Part shown: positions 13,569 through 23,912 of the stretch, piece after piece
Layout: each line of letters starts with the position of its first letter
Position numbering within the stretch: position 1 is the stretch's first letter
Source: Corynebacterium glutamicum ATCC 13032
GTDB taxonomy: Bacteria > Actinomycetota > Actinomycetes > Mycobacteriales > Mycobacteriaceae
NCBI RefSeq assembly: GCF_000011325.1
Contig: NC_003450.3
Span: forward strand, 2,400,001 to 2,432,000
Reading direction: 5' to 3'
Length of the DNA stretch: 32,000 nt
The notes under the pieces: model-generated
What the model saw: the letters and a program-made list of their open reading frames with translations, nothing else
The model's database searches: none
What the model was told of the DNA's origin: nothing
Position numbers and translations under genes: made by a program

Positions 13569-15122
13569 ATGAGCATCACCACACACGTCCAAGCACTCAC
13601 CACAGCACTCAACGCCATCGACAACCATTTGGCCAGCATGCTTGACCATGGTGTCACCCCAGACCAATACAAGGCCATCGAGCCCGACCTCATCGCCCTA
13701 GAACACACCATCAACCACCACGCCACCATCGCCGCCCAAACCACCGCCCTCGCCGAACGCACCAATGCTGCGCAGTCGATTGGCTCCACCCACCTCATCG
13801 ACTACCTCACCACCACCTTCGGCCTATCTAAAGCACGCGCCCACCACCGCATCAATCTCGCCCACTCCCTCTACCCCATACCGAAGCCAAACTCTGGATC
13901 TGGCAACGGCGGTAATGGTGGCAATCCCGATGGCGGTCCTGATGGTGGCGACTCGGGTGATGACGACTCCGGCGATGATGACCCCGACCCCGAACCGGAC
14001 AAGCCTGAAGACGGCAAACCTGATAGTGATAAGCCCCGTAGGCCACGGATCAGCGCGGAAAAACACGCCATCATCACCGACGAACTCGCCCGCCTCAACC
14101 CGAATACCACACCCAGCGCCGAGGAACTACGCACCCAAGCCCTGAGTCAAGCGATCTGGCGCACCCCAGAAGACCTCCGCACGTGGCTACGCCACCAGGT
14201 CACCACCGCGAACAAAAACAACCCCAACCCCATCACCGCCATGAAAAGGCGCTACCTCTCAGTAGGTAAACCCGATGCCGACAACATGGTCCGCATCAGC
14301 GGCCTCGTGCCCGCAGCCACCGCAGCACTGATCACCGCGAACACCGCACCGTTAACCAAACGTGGCAACCTCGTGGATCTACCAGCAGCAGAAGATATGC
14401 GCACCCGCGGGCAACGCCATGCGGATGCGTTGCATCACATCATGGAGATCTACAACCACGGTATTGTCACCCCAGCTCGTGGTGGAACAGCCAGCATCAT
14501 CATCTCCATGACCACCGATGATCTTGACGAGATCAACCACGGTGATCATGGCGATGGCAGTCTACTTAACAACCTGTACCCCACGAACACGGGTTACTCA
14601 TTGAACTTGGCGGAGATCATGAACCTCATCGCTGCGAAATACGACTTCGCTGTGCTCCTCGATGGTGAGACGGGGCAGCCGTTGAACGTCAATAGGATGC
14701 AGCGCTCAGCGAACCTGACTCAACGCATCGCGTTGTTTGCTTCTGAGTTGGTGTGCTCGGCACCCAATTGTGACAGGCCGCAGTTAGAGTGCGAGGTTCA
14801 TCATTTAGATCCCTGGATGAGAGGTGGGCTGACCAACCTGGTCAATCTCACGCATCAGTGCTTTAATCACCACCCACGCAACGATGATTCCAGGAGTGGG
14901 GTCAATGGTAAAGGGTTTATGGACCGCGATCCTGCTACTGGAAGAGTGGGGCACTACCCAGTGGGTGGTGAGGGGCCGGTGTTTAACCGGTCGGCTGCTG
15001 CTGATAGTTCGGGTGGTGCGTGGGCCAGACGTAAACATCATGGCCCACCACCCGAACCGCCGAGCCCGCCGGATCCACCTGGTCCTGAGCCGGATCCTGG
15101 TGATGAGGGCAGATTGTTCTAG
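13569..15122 (+). CDS. DUF222-type HNH endonuclease (13E12-repeat-family-like protein)
   Basis: A 517-aa ORF. The N-terminal region (...IDYLTTTFGLSKARAHHRINLAHSL) is typical of DUF222. The C-terminal nuclease motif is CDRPQLECEVHHLDPWMRGGLTNLVNLTHQCFNHHPRND. It also has an internal acidic low-complexity insert GSGNGGNGGNPDGGPDGGDSGDDDSGDDDPDPEPDKPEDGKPDSDKP and a Pro-rich tail. A Shine-Dalgarno sequence, aaggggga, lies upstream of the ATG. Confidence 0.85.
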   Translation: MSITTHVQALTTALNAIDNHLASMLDHGVTPDQYKAIEPDLIALEHTINHHATIAAQTTALAERTNAAQSIGSTHLIDYLTTTFGLSKARAHHRINLAHSLYPIPKPNSGSGNGGNGGNPDGGPDGGDSGDDDSGDDDPDPEPDKPEDGKPDSDKPRRPRISAEKHAIITDELARLNPNTTPSAEELRTQALSQAIWRTPEDLRTWLRHQVTTANKNNPNPITAMKRRYLSVGKPDADNMVRISGLVPAATAALITANTAPLTKRGNLVDLPAAEDMRTRGQRHADALHHIMEIYNHGIVTPARGGTASIIISMTTDDLDEINHGDHGDGSLLNNLYPTNTGYSLNLAEIMNLIAAKYDFAVLLDGETGQPLNVNRMQRSANLTQRIALFASELVCSAPNCDRPQLECEVHHLDPWMRGGLTNLVNLTHQCFNHHPRNDDSRSGVNGKGFMDRDPATGRVGHYPVGGEGPVFNRSAAADSSGGAWARRKHHGPPPEPPSPPDPPGPEPDPGDEGRLF

Positions 15123-15295
15123 CCCTTGTTATTGCTGAGTTGTTGTCATGTTGTTGTGCCTGTTGTCAGTCGCCCCAGTGTGTCTGATACCGGACACACC
15201 CATGCCTTGCATCAACATACCGACAAGCCAGCACACCCCGAACTGGCCAGCCGGGCCCGGGCCGCCTGCAACCTGACGTCGAGAAGCAAGAGCTT

Positions 15296-16369
15296 TTAAA
15301 GGATCATGCCGAACAGGAGGCCGAGCACGTAGGTGACCAGCGCCGCGCCGTAGCCGATCGACAGCTGACGCACCGCGCGGATTCCCGGTGGCTTTCCCGA
15401 TAGCAGGCCGGTGGTCGCGCCCGTTGCCATCAGTGATAGTCCGACGAGGACTAGGGACACCACTGCCCCGGCGAGGCCTTCCATGCCGAAGACGTATGGG
15501 ACGATCGGGAGGAATGCGCCGATGGCAAAGGACAGGAAGCTGAATGTGGCGGCCGAACGAGCGGAGCCGGCGCTTTGGATTTCGGTGCTGCCGAGGACGT
15601 TGTCGCTGATGCGTTTTTGGTCGCTGATTCTTTGGAAAACTTGTGACGCTTTTGCCCGCGCTTCGTCTTCGCTCATTCCGCGGGCTCGGTAGACGAGTTC
15701 CAGTTCGTTGGATTCGACGTCGAGGGCGTGGAGGGCTTCGCGGGCTTTGGGGTCTGGGAGGGAGGCGTCGAGAAGCTCTGTTTGGGAGCGCACTGAGATG
15801 TATTCGCCGGCGGCCATGGATAGCGCGCCGGAGAGCAGACCGGAAATGCCGGTGATGAGAACAATTTGGGCGGGCACGCCGGTGGCCATGACACCCATGA
15901 CGAGGGCGACGTTGGAGACCAGGCCGTCGTTGATTCCGAATACGGCGGCACGGAAGTTGCCGCTCATGCGTTCTCTGCCGCGGCTGGCTAGGCCTCGAAC
16001 GACTTCGGCGTGGATGCGTTCGTCGGCGCTGATTTGGCGGGAGGCGTCGGCATCGTCGTCGTAGGGGCTGCGCGTTTCGGCGGACTGCATGAGTGCCAGG
16101 GTGAACACGGAGCCGAATCGGCGTGCTAGAAAACCGAGCAGGCGGGTTTTGACGTCGGCTTTTGGTGGGTTTTCGGCATCAGGGCCGAGCTTTTCCACCC
16201 AGTAAGCGGCGTGTCGGTGTTCAGCGTCGGCGAGCGCTAGGAGGATGTCTCGCTCTTCGCCTTCGCGTCGTTTGGCCAGGTCGCGGTAGGCTGCGGCCTC
16301 TGCTTGCTCATTGGCCAGGTATCCGCGCCAGCGTTTGATTTGGGCTGGCGTCGGCTGGTTGGTGGGCAT
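15296..16369 (-). CDS. VIT1/CCC1-family metal transporter with an N-terminal ferritin-like (erythrin) domain, MbfA-like
   Basis: The N-terminus YLANEQAEAAAYRDLAKR...ALADAEHRHAAYW...ADERIHAEVV carries ExxH di-iron motifs. The C-terminus FRAAVFGINDGLVSNVALVMGV... plus several transmembrane segments form the VIT1 core. Its ATG overlaps the uppS stop (TAATG). Confidence 0.8.
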   Translation of the reverse strand: MPTNQPTPAQIKRWRGYLANEQAEAAAYRDLAKRREGEERDILLALADAEHRHAAYWVEKLGPDAENPPKADVKTRLLGFLARRFGSVFTLALMQSAETRSPYDDDADASRQISADERIHAEVVRGLASRGRERMSGNFRAAVFGINDGLVSNVALVMGVMATGVPAQIVLITGISGLLSGALSMAAGEYISVRSQTELLDASLPDPKAREALHALDVESNELELVYRARGMSEDEARAKASQVFQRISDQKRISDNVLGSTEIQSAGSARSAATFSFLSFAIGAFLPIVPYVFGMEGLAGAVVSLVLVGLSLMATGATTGLLSGKPPGIRAVRQLSIGYGAALVTYVLGLLFGMIL

Positions 16370-17100
16370 TATGCGCTTCCGAATCTGCGATCCCGCTTGG
16401 CGTATTCCAGGACCGCGTCGTACAGATCTTGCTGCGTGAAATCAGGGAACAGCTTGTCTTGGTAGACCATTTCCGCGTAGGCAGACTGCCACAGCAGGAA
16501 GTTTGACGTGCGCTTCTCACCGGATGGGCGCAGGAACAGGTCGACGTCTGGCATGTCAGGTTCGTCGAGGAAGTTCGGGAAGGTCTTCTCAGTGATTTGT
16601 TCCGGGCGCAGTTTGCCTTCAGCTGCAAGGCGGGCGATGTCGCGGGCTGCGTCGATGATTTCGGCGCGTCCACCATAGTTCACACACATGGCCAAGGTCA
16701 TGGTGGTGTTGTCTTTGGTTAGCTCTTCCGCAGTTTCCAGCTCACGGATAACCGAACGCCACAGGCGGGGACGACGGCCAACCCAACGCACACGAACGCC
16801 CTTTTCATGTAGGTCATCGCGTTGTCGTCGCAGCACATCTCGGTTGAATCCCATGAGGAAACGGACCTCATCGGTGGAACGACGCCAGTTTTCAGTAGAG
16901 AAGGCATAAGCAGAAAGGTACGGAACACCAAGTTCAATGCATGCATCAACAACATCAAGCAGGACTGCCTCGCCACGCTTATGGCCTTCGGTGCGCTTCA
17001 TGCCACGCTCGGTAGCCCAGCGTCCATTTCCATCCATGACAAGCGCAATATGCTTGGGTAGGAATTGGGCAGGGATTTCGGGTACTTGGAATTCACTCAC
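16369..17100 (-). CDS. uppS: Undecaprenyl/decaprenyl diphosphate synthase (cis-prenyltransferase)
   Basis: A 243-aa ORF with [13 protein letters not shown]...GH..G......[17 protein letters not shown]...EV..LM, the canonical UPPS motifs. It starts with GTG at 17100. Confidence 0.9.
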   Translation of the reverse strand: MSEFQVPEIPAQFLPKHIALVMDGNGRWATERGMKRTEGHKRGEAVLLDVVDACIELGVPYLSAYAFSTENWRRSTDEVRFLMGFNRDVLRRQRDDLHEKGVRVRWVGRRPRLWRSVIRELETAEELTKDNTTMTLAMCVNYGGRAEIIDAARDIARLAAEGKLRPEQITEKTFPNFLDEPDMPDVDLFLRPSGEKRTSNFLLWQSAYAEMVYQDKLFPDFTQQDLYDAVLEYAKRDRRFGSA

Positions 17101-17219
17101 CTAAGCTATTCTGCCATGCAAACTATTTGTGTTTGCCATTTAGCCTGATCTCAGGGTCTGGAGGGGCTGCAGTTCAGCCAGGCACCTCGGCCTTAAAGCC
17201 GGACGCCTAAGCCTAAGCA

Positions 17220-17948
17220 CTAGGCCTGATCCAGCACCGCCAGCGTGGGCAGCTTTCTTTCAATATGCCACTGCAGATGCGCGGTTGTCAGTTGGTGAAT
17301 GGTGGTTTGCTGCTCTGGGTGTTCCCGGGGAATGCGGGCTGCTTGGCCGTTGGCGACCAACCACATCATGTGTAGTGCTTCTGGTGGGACTTCGGCGCTT
17401 CCCGGCGGTCGGCAGTACAGGCACACTGCCCCGCCGACGCCTGGGTGGAATGCGTTGTGAGGTCCTGGTCGGCCGCAGGCTGCGCAGTCGAAAAGGCTTG
17501 GTGCCCAGCCGGCGTGGTTCATGGCGCGGAGCATGAACTCGTCTAGGTTGAGGATGGGTTCTGGGGAGTCCTGAATGTTTTTCAACGCCCGGGTGGTTTC
17601 TTCAAACAGGTGCGGATCGTTTTCCAGTCCTGCGATGTGGGTGGCGATTTCCAGGATGGCGGACGCACAGGAATACCGAGTGAAGTCCTCGATGATGCCT
17701 GATGCGTAGTAGCCGACGGTGTCCGCGCCAGAGATGGTGGACAGTTTTCTACCTGGGTAGAGCTGCACGTCGAGTTCCACAAAAAGCTGCAGCCTTGACC
17801 CAAACCGGGATTTGGATCGGCGTACTCCTTTGGCAACTCCGCGCACGATGCCGTGGTCTCGGGTGAGCAGCACAATAATGCGGTCGGCTTCGCCAAAATC
17901 ATAAGTTTTGACTACTAGCGCGCGGTCCCGAAAACTGTCCCTACGCAT
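17220..17948 (-). CDS. recO: DNA repair protein RecO
   Basis: A 242-aa ORF with RDRALVVKTYDFGEADRIIVLLTRDHGIVRGVAKGVRRSKSRFGSRLQ (OB-fold N-terminus) and a Cys cluster CAACG...CLYC (zinc motif). Confidence 0.9.
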   Translation of the reverse strand: MRRDSFRDRALVVKTYDFGEADRIIVLLTRDHGIVRGVAKGVRRSKSRFGSRLQLFVELDVQLYPGRKLSTISGADTVGYYASGIIEDFTRYSCASAILEIATHIAGLENDPHLFEETTRALKNIQDSPEPILNLDEFMLRAMNHAGWAPSLFDCAACGRPGPHNAFHPGVGGAVCLYCRPPGSAEVPPEALHMMWLVANGQAARIPREHPEQQTTIHQLTTAHLQWHIERKLPTLAVLDQA

Positions 17949-17966
17949 GAACTCACCCCCTTAAAG

Positions 17967-18884
17967 CTAGAAGCCCAGGCGGTTCAAAGCCTTTGGATCG
18001 GATTGCCAGTTCTTCAGCACCTTGATGCGCAGGTCAAGGAATACGTTTTGGCCGAGGATCTTGATGATGTCTTGGCGTGAGGTGTGGATGATGCGCCCCA
18101 GGCGCTGTCCCTTGTGTCCGACGATGATGTCTTTCTGACCAACACGCTCGACGTAGATGATGGCGTGCACAGCCAGGACACCGTTGCGTTCTGGGTCTGG
18201 CAGGATTTCATCAACCTCAACTGCGACGGAGTGCGGCAGTTCGTTCTTCAAGCCAGACAGTGCTGCTTCGCGGATGGCTTCCGCGATGCGGGTGTTGGTG
18301 TCCTCATCGGTGATGTGATCATCCGGGTAGAACTTGGGGCCTTCAGGCAGCAGGTCGGTCATGACCTTAATAAGCGTTTCGACGTTTTCCCCCGAGGTGG
18401 AAGACACTGGGACTACCTCGCTGTTTCCGCCGAGCAGCTCATGGACAGCCATCAGTTGGGCCGCAACCAAGTCACGTGAGACGCTGTCTGCTTTGGTGAT
18501 GATGCCGAGGATAGGAGTTTTAGGCGATACCTTGCGGACTGCTTCAAGGATCCAGCGGTCGCCAGGACCAATCTTCTCGTTTGCTGGAACGGTGAAACCG
18601 ATCAGGTCGACGTCAGCGTAGGTGTCTTTAACTGCTTCGTTGAGGCGCTCACCCAGCAAGGTGCGTGGGCGGTGCAGGCCTGGGGTGTCCACGACGATGA
18701 TCTGTGCGTTGTCGCGGTGGACCAAGCCACGGATTGGGTGGCGGGTGGTTTCTGGCTGGTTTGCGGTGATGGCGATTTTCTCGCCGACCAGCGCGTTGGT
18801 CAGGGTGGACTTGCCGGTGTTGGGACGTCCCACGAAGCTGACGAAGCCGGAGCGGAAGCCATCAGGGGTATCGGTAAAGCTCAT
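17967..18884 (-). CDS. era: GTPase Era
   Basis: The track ORF extends to 18965, but the ATG at 18884 is preceded by aaagaggattt (a Shine-Dalgarno sequence) and gives MSFTDTPDGFRSGFVSFVGRPNTGKSTL (the G1 motif near the N-terminus, as expected for Era). DTPG and TKAD motifs and a KH domain are also present. Confidence 0.9.
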   Translation of the reverse strand: MSFTDTPDGFRSGFVSFVGRPNTGKSTLTNALVGEKIAITANQPETTRHPIRGLVHRDNAQIIVVDTPGLHRPRTLLGERLNEAVKDTYADVDLIGFTVPANEKIGPGDRWILEAVRKVSPKTPILGIITKADSVSRDLVAAQLMAVHELLGGNSEVVPVSSTSGENVETLIKVMTDLLPEGPKFYPDDHITDEDTNTRIAEAIREAALSGLKNELPHSVAVEVDEILPDPERNGVLAVHAIIYVERVGQKDIIVGHKGQRLGRIIHTSRQDIIKILGQNVFLDLRIKVLKNWQSDPKALNRLGF

Positions 18885-18987
18885 AAATCCTCTTTGAAAG
18901 TTTGGGATGATCGAACCAGCCACTTCTTGGCAAAAAAGGGCCGGTTTCCTTGGACGTCCCAGCATAGTCCCCTACTGCTGTAAAAAA

Positions 18988-20310
18988 CTAACCTTCGTTG
19001 TCCTCGCTGGGCTCGCCAACTTCTACGACTGCTGAATGCATGCGCAAACGACCCCGGCGGTTCTTGGCTCCCTCGGCGGTGAGCTTTAGTCCGCAGGTTT
19101 CCACAGTGGCACCCGGCAGAGGCACTCGGCCAAGTTCAAAGGCAATAAGGCCACCGACAGTGTCGACCTGATCTTCAATTTCATCACCGAATTCGATTTC
19201 TAGGTCGAGTTCTTCTTCGATGTGGTCTTTGAGATCTTCCAGCGAGAGTCGGGAGACCACGCGGTAGGTGCGGTCGCCGATTTTCTCGATGGGGGCTACT
19301 TCGCGGGCGTCATATTCATCAGCGATTTCACCGACGATTTCTTCCAAAATATCCTCAATGGAAATAAGACCTGCCACGCCGCCGTATTCATCAACCAGGA
19401 TTGCGATGTGTTTGTGGTCTTCCTGCATTTCCTGCAGCAGCGCATCAAGGGACTTGGAGTCTGGCACGAAGGTAGCTTCGCGCATGACCTCGTCTACAAG
19501 CACAGACTTTCCGCCATCAGTGGCGTAGTAGGTTTTTTGGACCAAGTCTTTGAGGTAGACGATGCCGATGATGTCGTCGACGTTTTCACCGATGACTGGG
19601 ATGCGCGAATGACCAGAGCGCACGCACAGCGCGGTTGCTTGCCCGGCTGTTTTTCCAGATTCAATCCAGATCATTTCAGGACGTGGCACCATCACCTGGC
19701 GAACCGTCGTGGATGCCAGGTCGAACACCGACTGGATCATGCGGCGCTCTTCAATTTCCACGATGCCGTGTTCTTGGGCGATATCGACCATCTCACGCAG
19801 TTCCACTTCAGTGGCGTAAGGGCCATTGCGGAAACCTGGGCCGGGCGCGATGATGTTGCCGATCCAGATGAGGCCACGTGCAATGGGGCCAAGGATTTTA
19901 GCTAAACCGCTCAGCACGACTGCGGAGCGAAGCATCACTGAATATGGGTTTTTGCGGCCAACGGTGCGGCCAAACACGCCCACTACTGCGAAGGTCAGGA
20001 GGGAAACCACCACGATGGCCAGGACGATGCCCCACGCCCAGCTGTCCATCACATTGACTGCGATTGCCCCGGCGAAGACTGCTGCGGAGGCATCCAGCAA
20101 GGTGCGCAACATGATGAGCATGTTGATGTGGAGTGCGCGTTCGTCGATGACTCGCAGCAAGGACGCGGACCCGGAGGCTTCATCCTTGAGCATTTGTTCA
20201 ACGCGGGCGCGGGAAACAGAAGAAAGCGCAGATTCAACCGCACCTAATAAACCGGAGAAGAGCAACGCAACGACTGTGGCGATGCTCAACCATATAACTG
20301 AGGATTCCAC
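18988..20310 (-). CDS. DUF21-CBS-CorC/HlyC membrane protein (hemolysin/Mg-Co efflux-like)
   Basis: A 440-aa ORF with N-terminal transmembrane segments, a tandem CBS region (VMVPRPEMIWIE...IPVIGENVDDIIGIVYLKDL) and a C-terminal transporter-associated domain. Its GTG start at 20310 directly abuts the ybeY stop codon. Confidence 0.85.
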   Translation of the reverse strand: MESSVIWLSIATVVALLFSGLLGAVESALSSVSRARVEQMLKDEASGSASLLRVIDERALHINMLIMLRTLLDASAAVFAGAIAVNVMDSWAWGIVLAIVVVSLLTFAVVGVFGRTVGRKNPYSVMLRSAVVLSGLAKILGPIARGLIWIGNIIAPGPGFRNGPYATEVELREMVDIAQEHGIVEIEERRMIQSVFDLASTTVRQVMVPRPEMIWIESGKTAGQATALCVRSGHSRIPVIGENVDDIIGIVYLKDLVQKTYYATDGGKSVLVDEVMREATFVPDSKSLDALLQEMQEDHKHIAILVDEYGGVAGLISIEDILEEIVGEIADEYDAREVAPIEKIGDRTYRVVSRLSLEDLKDHIEEELDLEIEFGDEIEDQVDTVGGLIAFELGRVPLPGATVETCGLKLTAEGAKNRRGRLRMHSAVVEVGEPSEDNEG

Positions 20311-20901
20311 CTAGGACTCAACGCCTCCAAAGCCAGAGTCATCCGCTTCCATCTTTTCGTCCAATTCCAGACGATCAGCAGCGGTGGGGAATGCACCGGC
20401 GCCGGATGGTTTTGGCTGGTAGGTGACGCCACGGGCTTCGACGTTGTCGTACCAATCGGCAAGCAGCTCGTTTTGAAGGGCGAACATTTCACGCTCTTCG
20501 GCTGGATCGACGTGGTCGTAGCCAAGCAGGTGCAGGCTGCCGTGCACGGTCAGCAAAGCTAGCTCGTGGGCTAAGTCGTGGCCTGCTTTGGTCGCTTGCT
20601 TTGCCGCGAACTCTGGGCACAGCACAATGTCGCCCAGCATGGCGGGGCCGGGGGTGGCGCCGTCGGGGCGGGAGTAGCCGGGGGTGAGCTCATCCATCGG
20701 GAAGCTCATCACGTCGGTTGGGCCTTCAAGATCAAGCCATTTCACGTGGAGATCGGCGATGGTGTCGACGTCGACGATGTGGATGGATGCTTCGGCGTCG
20801 GGGTGGATGTCCATTTCCCCGAGTGCGAAGGAGAGGACATCAATGAGCATTTCTTCATTGACGCCGTCGTATCCTGATTCGTTGAATACCTCAATGCTCA
20901 T
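20311..20901 (-). CDS. ybeY: Endoribonuclease YbeY (rRNA maturation factor)
   Basis: A 196-aa ORF with the metal-binding motif [15 protein letters not shown] (the HxxxHxxxxxH type). Its start overlaps the phoH stop (ATGA at 20898-20901). Confidence 0.9.
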   Translation of the reverse strand: MSIEVFNESGYDGVNEEMLIDVLSFALGEMDIHPDAEASIHIVDVDTIADLHVKWLDLEGPTDVMSFPMDELTPGYSRPDGATPGPAMLGDIVLCPEFAAKQATKAGHDLAHELALLTVHGSLHLLGYDHVDPAEEREMFALQNELLADWYDNVEARGVTYQPKPSGAGAFPTAADRLELDEKMEADDSGFGGVES

Positions 20902-21950
20902 GGCCGTGTCTCCTGGCGTTTGCGTTTCAATTCGCGGGCCTCGCGTTCTTCATAGTCTTCGTATGCATCCACAATGTGTCCAACCAGTTGGTGGCGGACC
21001 ACGTCGGATGAGGTGAGCTCGGAGAAGTGCACATCGTCTACTCCGCGCAGGATGTGGCGAACCAGGCGCAGGCCGGACTTTTGGCCTCCTGGGAGGTCCA
21101 CCTGGGTGATGTCACCTGTGACTACCATTTTGGAACCGAATCCCAGGCGGGTGAGGAACATCTTCATCTGTGCTGGGGTGGTGTTCTGGGCTTCATCCAG
21201 GATCACGAATGCATCGTTGAGGGTGCGTCCGCGCATGTAGGCAAGTGGGGCGACTTCTACGATGCCGGCTTCCATGAGTTTTGGAATGACTTCTGGTTCG
21301 ACCATGTCGCGCAGCGCGTCGTGAAGCGGGCGCAGGTAGGGGTCGATCTTTTCGTTCAGGGTGCCGGGCAAGAAGCCGAGTTTCTCGCCGGCTTCCACTG
21401 CGGGGCGGGTCAAGATGATGCGGCTGACCTGCTTTGATTGCAGCGCTTGGACGGCTTTTGCCATGGCCAGATAGGTTTTACCGGAACCGGCTGGGCCCAG
21501 ACCGAACACAATCGTGTTGGTATCAATCGCGTCCACGTAGTGCTTTTGGCCAAGCGTCTTAGGGCGGATCACTTTGCCACGGCGAGCAAGGATATCGCCG
21601 GTCAAGATTTCAGAGACGGTTTGCGGCGTCTCCACGTTAATCATGCTGATGACATTTTTTACTGTCTCAGGGCTAATCACATGTCCTCGACGGGCAATCG
21701 CCTGCAGTTCCTCAAATATTTTCGAGGCGCGGGAGACTTCGTGGGCTGGCCCGGTGAGTTCCACGTGGGTGCCACGCACGTGAATATCGCAATCAATTTG
21801 ATTGTCCAACACACGCAGGTTTTCGTCGTTGATTCCTAAAACGGTTTGCGCGAGCGTGCGTTCTAGATTGAGGACAGTGGTGATTACTTCTGTGCGGGTT
21901 TTTCGCGGGGCAGTCACAGTGCTAGTTCGGCCTGCTTTCGGAATGTTCAA
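20898..21950 (-). CDS. phoH: PhoH-like ATPase
   Basis: Walker A motif [14 protein letters not shown], then DEAQN and [12 protein letters not shown]. The track start at 21950 is TTG. An in-frame GTG (VTAPRK...) lies a few codons downstream, so the exact start is uncertain. Confidence 0.85.
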   Translation of the reverse strand: MNIPKAGRTSTVTAPRKTRTEVITTVLNLERTLAQTVLGINDENLRVLDNQIDCDIHVRGTHVELTGPAHEVSRASKIFEELQAIARRGHVISPETVKNVISMINVETPQTVSEILTGDILARRGKVIRPKTLGQKHYVDAIDTNTIVFGLGPAGSGKTYLAMAKAVQALQSKQVSRIILTRPAVEAGEKLGFLPGTLNEKIDPYLRPLHDALRDMVEPEVIPKLMEAGIVEVAPLAYMRGRTLNDAFVILDEAQNTTPAQMKMFLTRLGFGSKMVVTGDITQVDLPGGQKSGLRLVRHILRGVDDVHFSELTSSDVVRHQLVGHIVDAYEDYEEREARELKRKRQETRP

Positions 21951-21972
21951 GAAAGGTTATGTCAGAGAAATG

Positions 21973-22698
21973 TTACCAGCGGTCAGACAGCACGCCGATA
22001 GCTGCGAGCGCCACCATGCCTGCGGAGGCAGTGCGCAACACCTCAGGGCCTAGTTTCACGGTGTGTGCGCCAGCGTCGACGAAGCGTGAAATTTCCGATG
22101 GCGCGACGCCACCTTCGGGTCCGATGATCACCACGACGTTGCCGGAAAATTCCAGTTCACGGATCGCGGCGGTTGCTTCTTCGTGCAGGATGATGGCCAG
22201 GTCGGATTCGTCGATAAGCTTTTCGACGCCCTCCTCCCCCACTACGCCAAGAATTTCAGGGATCGTTGCGCGCCGCGATTGCTTGGCGGCTGCTTCCGCA
22301 GCCACCTGCCATTTAGCCAGTGATTTTGCTTCCTTGCCGCCCCATTTTGCTACGCAGCGCGATGCTTGCCACGCAACAATCCGATCGGCGCCAGCTTGGG
22401 TGAGCAGGTCGATGGTCAGCTCGGAACGCTCTGATTTGGGGATAGCCTGCACGATGGTGACCTGTGGGTTCGGTGCGGGGATTTCCTCGACCAAATCCAC
22501 CACAGCGTTCAGGCGGTCTTTGCCCTGCAAGGCGGTGACCGTGCAGGTGCGCGCTGTACCCCGGCCGTCGATAAGCGAAATCTTTTCGCCTACCTGGATC
22601 CGTTTGACGGTGACGGCGTGCCGGCCTTCCGGACCGGCGAGCTCAATGGTTTCGCCTGGTCCGGCTGCGGAATCAGAGATAAATACTGGCAGTGACAT
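21973..22698 (-). CDS. rsmE: 16S rRNA (uracil1498-N3)-methyltransferase RsmE
   Basis: A 241-aa ORF with a PUA-like N-terminus (GPEGRHAVTVKRIQVGEKISLIDGRG), SERSE and a C-terminal IIGPEGG...E, the SPOUT knot motif. Its ATG overlaps the dnaJ stop (TAATG). Confidence 0.85.
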   Translation of the reverse strand: MSLPVFISDSAAGPGETIELAGPEGRHAVTVKRIQVGEKISLIDGRGTARTCTVTALQGKDRLNAVVDLVEEIPAPNPQVTIVQAIPKSERSELTIDLLTQAGADRIVAWQASRCVAKWGGKEAKSLAKWQVAAEAAAKQSRRATIPEILGVVGEEGVEKLIDESDLAIILHEEATAAIRELEFSGNVVVIIGPEGGVAPSEISRFVDAGAHTVKLGPEVLRTASAGMVALAAIGVLSDRW

Positions 22699-23846
22699 TA
22701 TTTGCGGAACTTGTTTCGGAGCTTGTCAAAGAAACCGGATTCTTCTCCGCCTTCGCGATGCACGGAAGCGTTGTCGCTGCGATGGTTGCGGATTTCTTCA
22801 AGCAATTCGCGGGTGCGGTCATCCAAATCGGTTGGCACAAATAGATCGACATGCGCCATGAGGTTGCCGTGGCCTTCTGCGCGCAGCTTCGGCATGCCTT
22901 CACCATCCAAGGTGATCACATCGTTGGGCTGAGTACCTGCAGGGATGGTAATTTTCACCTCTTCGCCGGTGAGGGATTCCACGTCCAATTCGGTGCCAAG
23001 CGCTGCATCGAACATTGGAACCTTGATGCTGGCGTGCAGATCGTCGCCATCGCGGGTGAAGATGGCGTGCGGGCGCACCATGACTTCAATGTAGAGGTCA
23101 CCCGCAGGACCGCCACCAGCGCCAACCTCACCTTGGCCTGCCATGCGGATGCGCATGCCGGACTGGATGCCAGCTGGGATGTTGGCCACGATGTCGCGGC
23201 GAGCACGCACACGACCATCTCCTGCACACTCAGTGCAAGGATCTGGGATGATCTCACCGGTGCCATCGCAGGTGTGGCATGGGCGGGACGTCATGACGTT
23301 GCCCAGGAAGCTGCGCTGCACTTCCTGAATTTCACCAGCGCCATTACAGGTGCCACAGGTAACAGGCTTCTTGTCGGATGCAGATCCAGAACCATGACAC
23401 TTGGTACACAGCACTGCGGTGTCAAGGGTGAGATCTTTCTTAGCGCCCTTGTAAGCCTCTTCCAAGGTGATGGAGGTGCGCCACAAGGTGTCACTGCCTG
23501 GCTGCACGCGGGAACGTGGTCCACGGGAACCGCCCGCGCCACCGCCGAAGAAGGCATCGAAGATATCGCCCAGTCCACCGCTGCCGCCGAAGCCTCCACC
23601 GAAGCCACCAGCGCCAGCTCCGCCGCCTTGCTCCATTGGGTCACCGCCCATATCAACAATGCGGCGCTTATCCGGATCAGTGAGTACCTCATGCGCAACA
23701 GAAGCCTCGCGGAATTTCTCCGCTGCTTCCTCACCTGGGTTTACGTCCGGGTGGTATTTGCGGGCAAGCTTTCGGTATGCCTTTTTGATCTCTGATTCGG
23801 TTGCATTGCGATCGACGCCGAGAATGCCGTAATAGTCACGTGCCAC
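22698..23846 (-). CDS. dnaJ: Chaperone DnaJ (the hrcA-linked copy)
   Basis: J-domain DYYGILGV....[14 protein letters not shown], a G/F-rich region and four CxxCxGxG zinc-finger repeats ([32 protein letters not shown]). Confidence 0.95.
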   Translation of the reverse strand: MARDYYGILGVDRNATESEIKKAYRKLARKYHPDVNPGEEAAEKFREASVAHEVLTDPDKRRIVDMGGDPMEQGGGAGAGGFGGGFGGSGGLGDIFDAFFGGGAGGSRGPRSRVQPGSDTLWRTSITLEEAYKGAKKDLTLDTAVLCTKCHGSGSASDKKPVTCGTCNGAGEIQEVQRSFLGNVMTSRPCHTCDGTGEIIPDPCTECAGDGRVRARRDIVANIPAGIQSGMRIRMAGQGEVGAGGGPAGDLYIEVMVRPHAIFTRDGDDLHASIKVPMFDAALGTELDVESLTGEEVKITIPAGTQPNDVITLDGEGMPKLRAEGHGNLMAHVDLFVPTDLDDRTRELLEEIRNHRSDNASVHREGGEESGFFDKLRNKFRK

Positions 23847-23912
23847 GGTGGGTGATACTTCCTTTAGCTTCTAAACAGATTAATCAAAACAAATGGCCAA
23901 CTATACCCGCAG

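Noticed and set aside
13765-14145. Several overlapping ORFs on both strands within the low-complexity part of the HNH gene
   Set aside because: They are generated by the repetitive GGN/GAT/CCN codons of the acidic insert, and all lie nested inside the well-supported 517-aa ORF.
21959-23795. Plus-strand ORFs of 300 aa (21959-22861) and 314 aa (22851-23795)
   Set aside because: They are antisense to rsmE and dnaJ, whose identities are unambiguous. Their composition (Ala/Ser/Arg/Thr-rich) and lack of motifs indicate antisense shadows.
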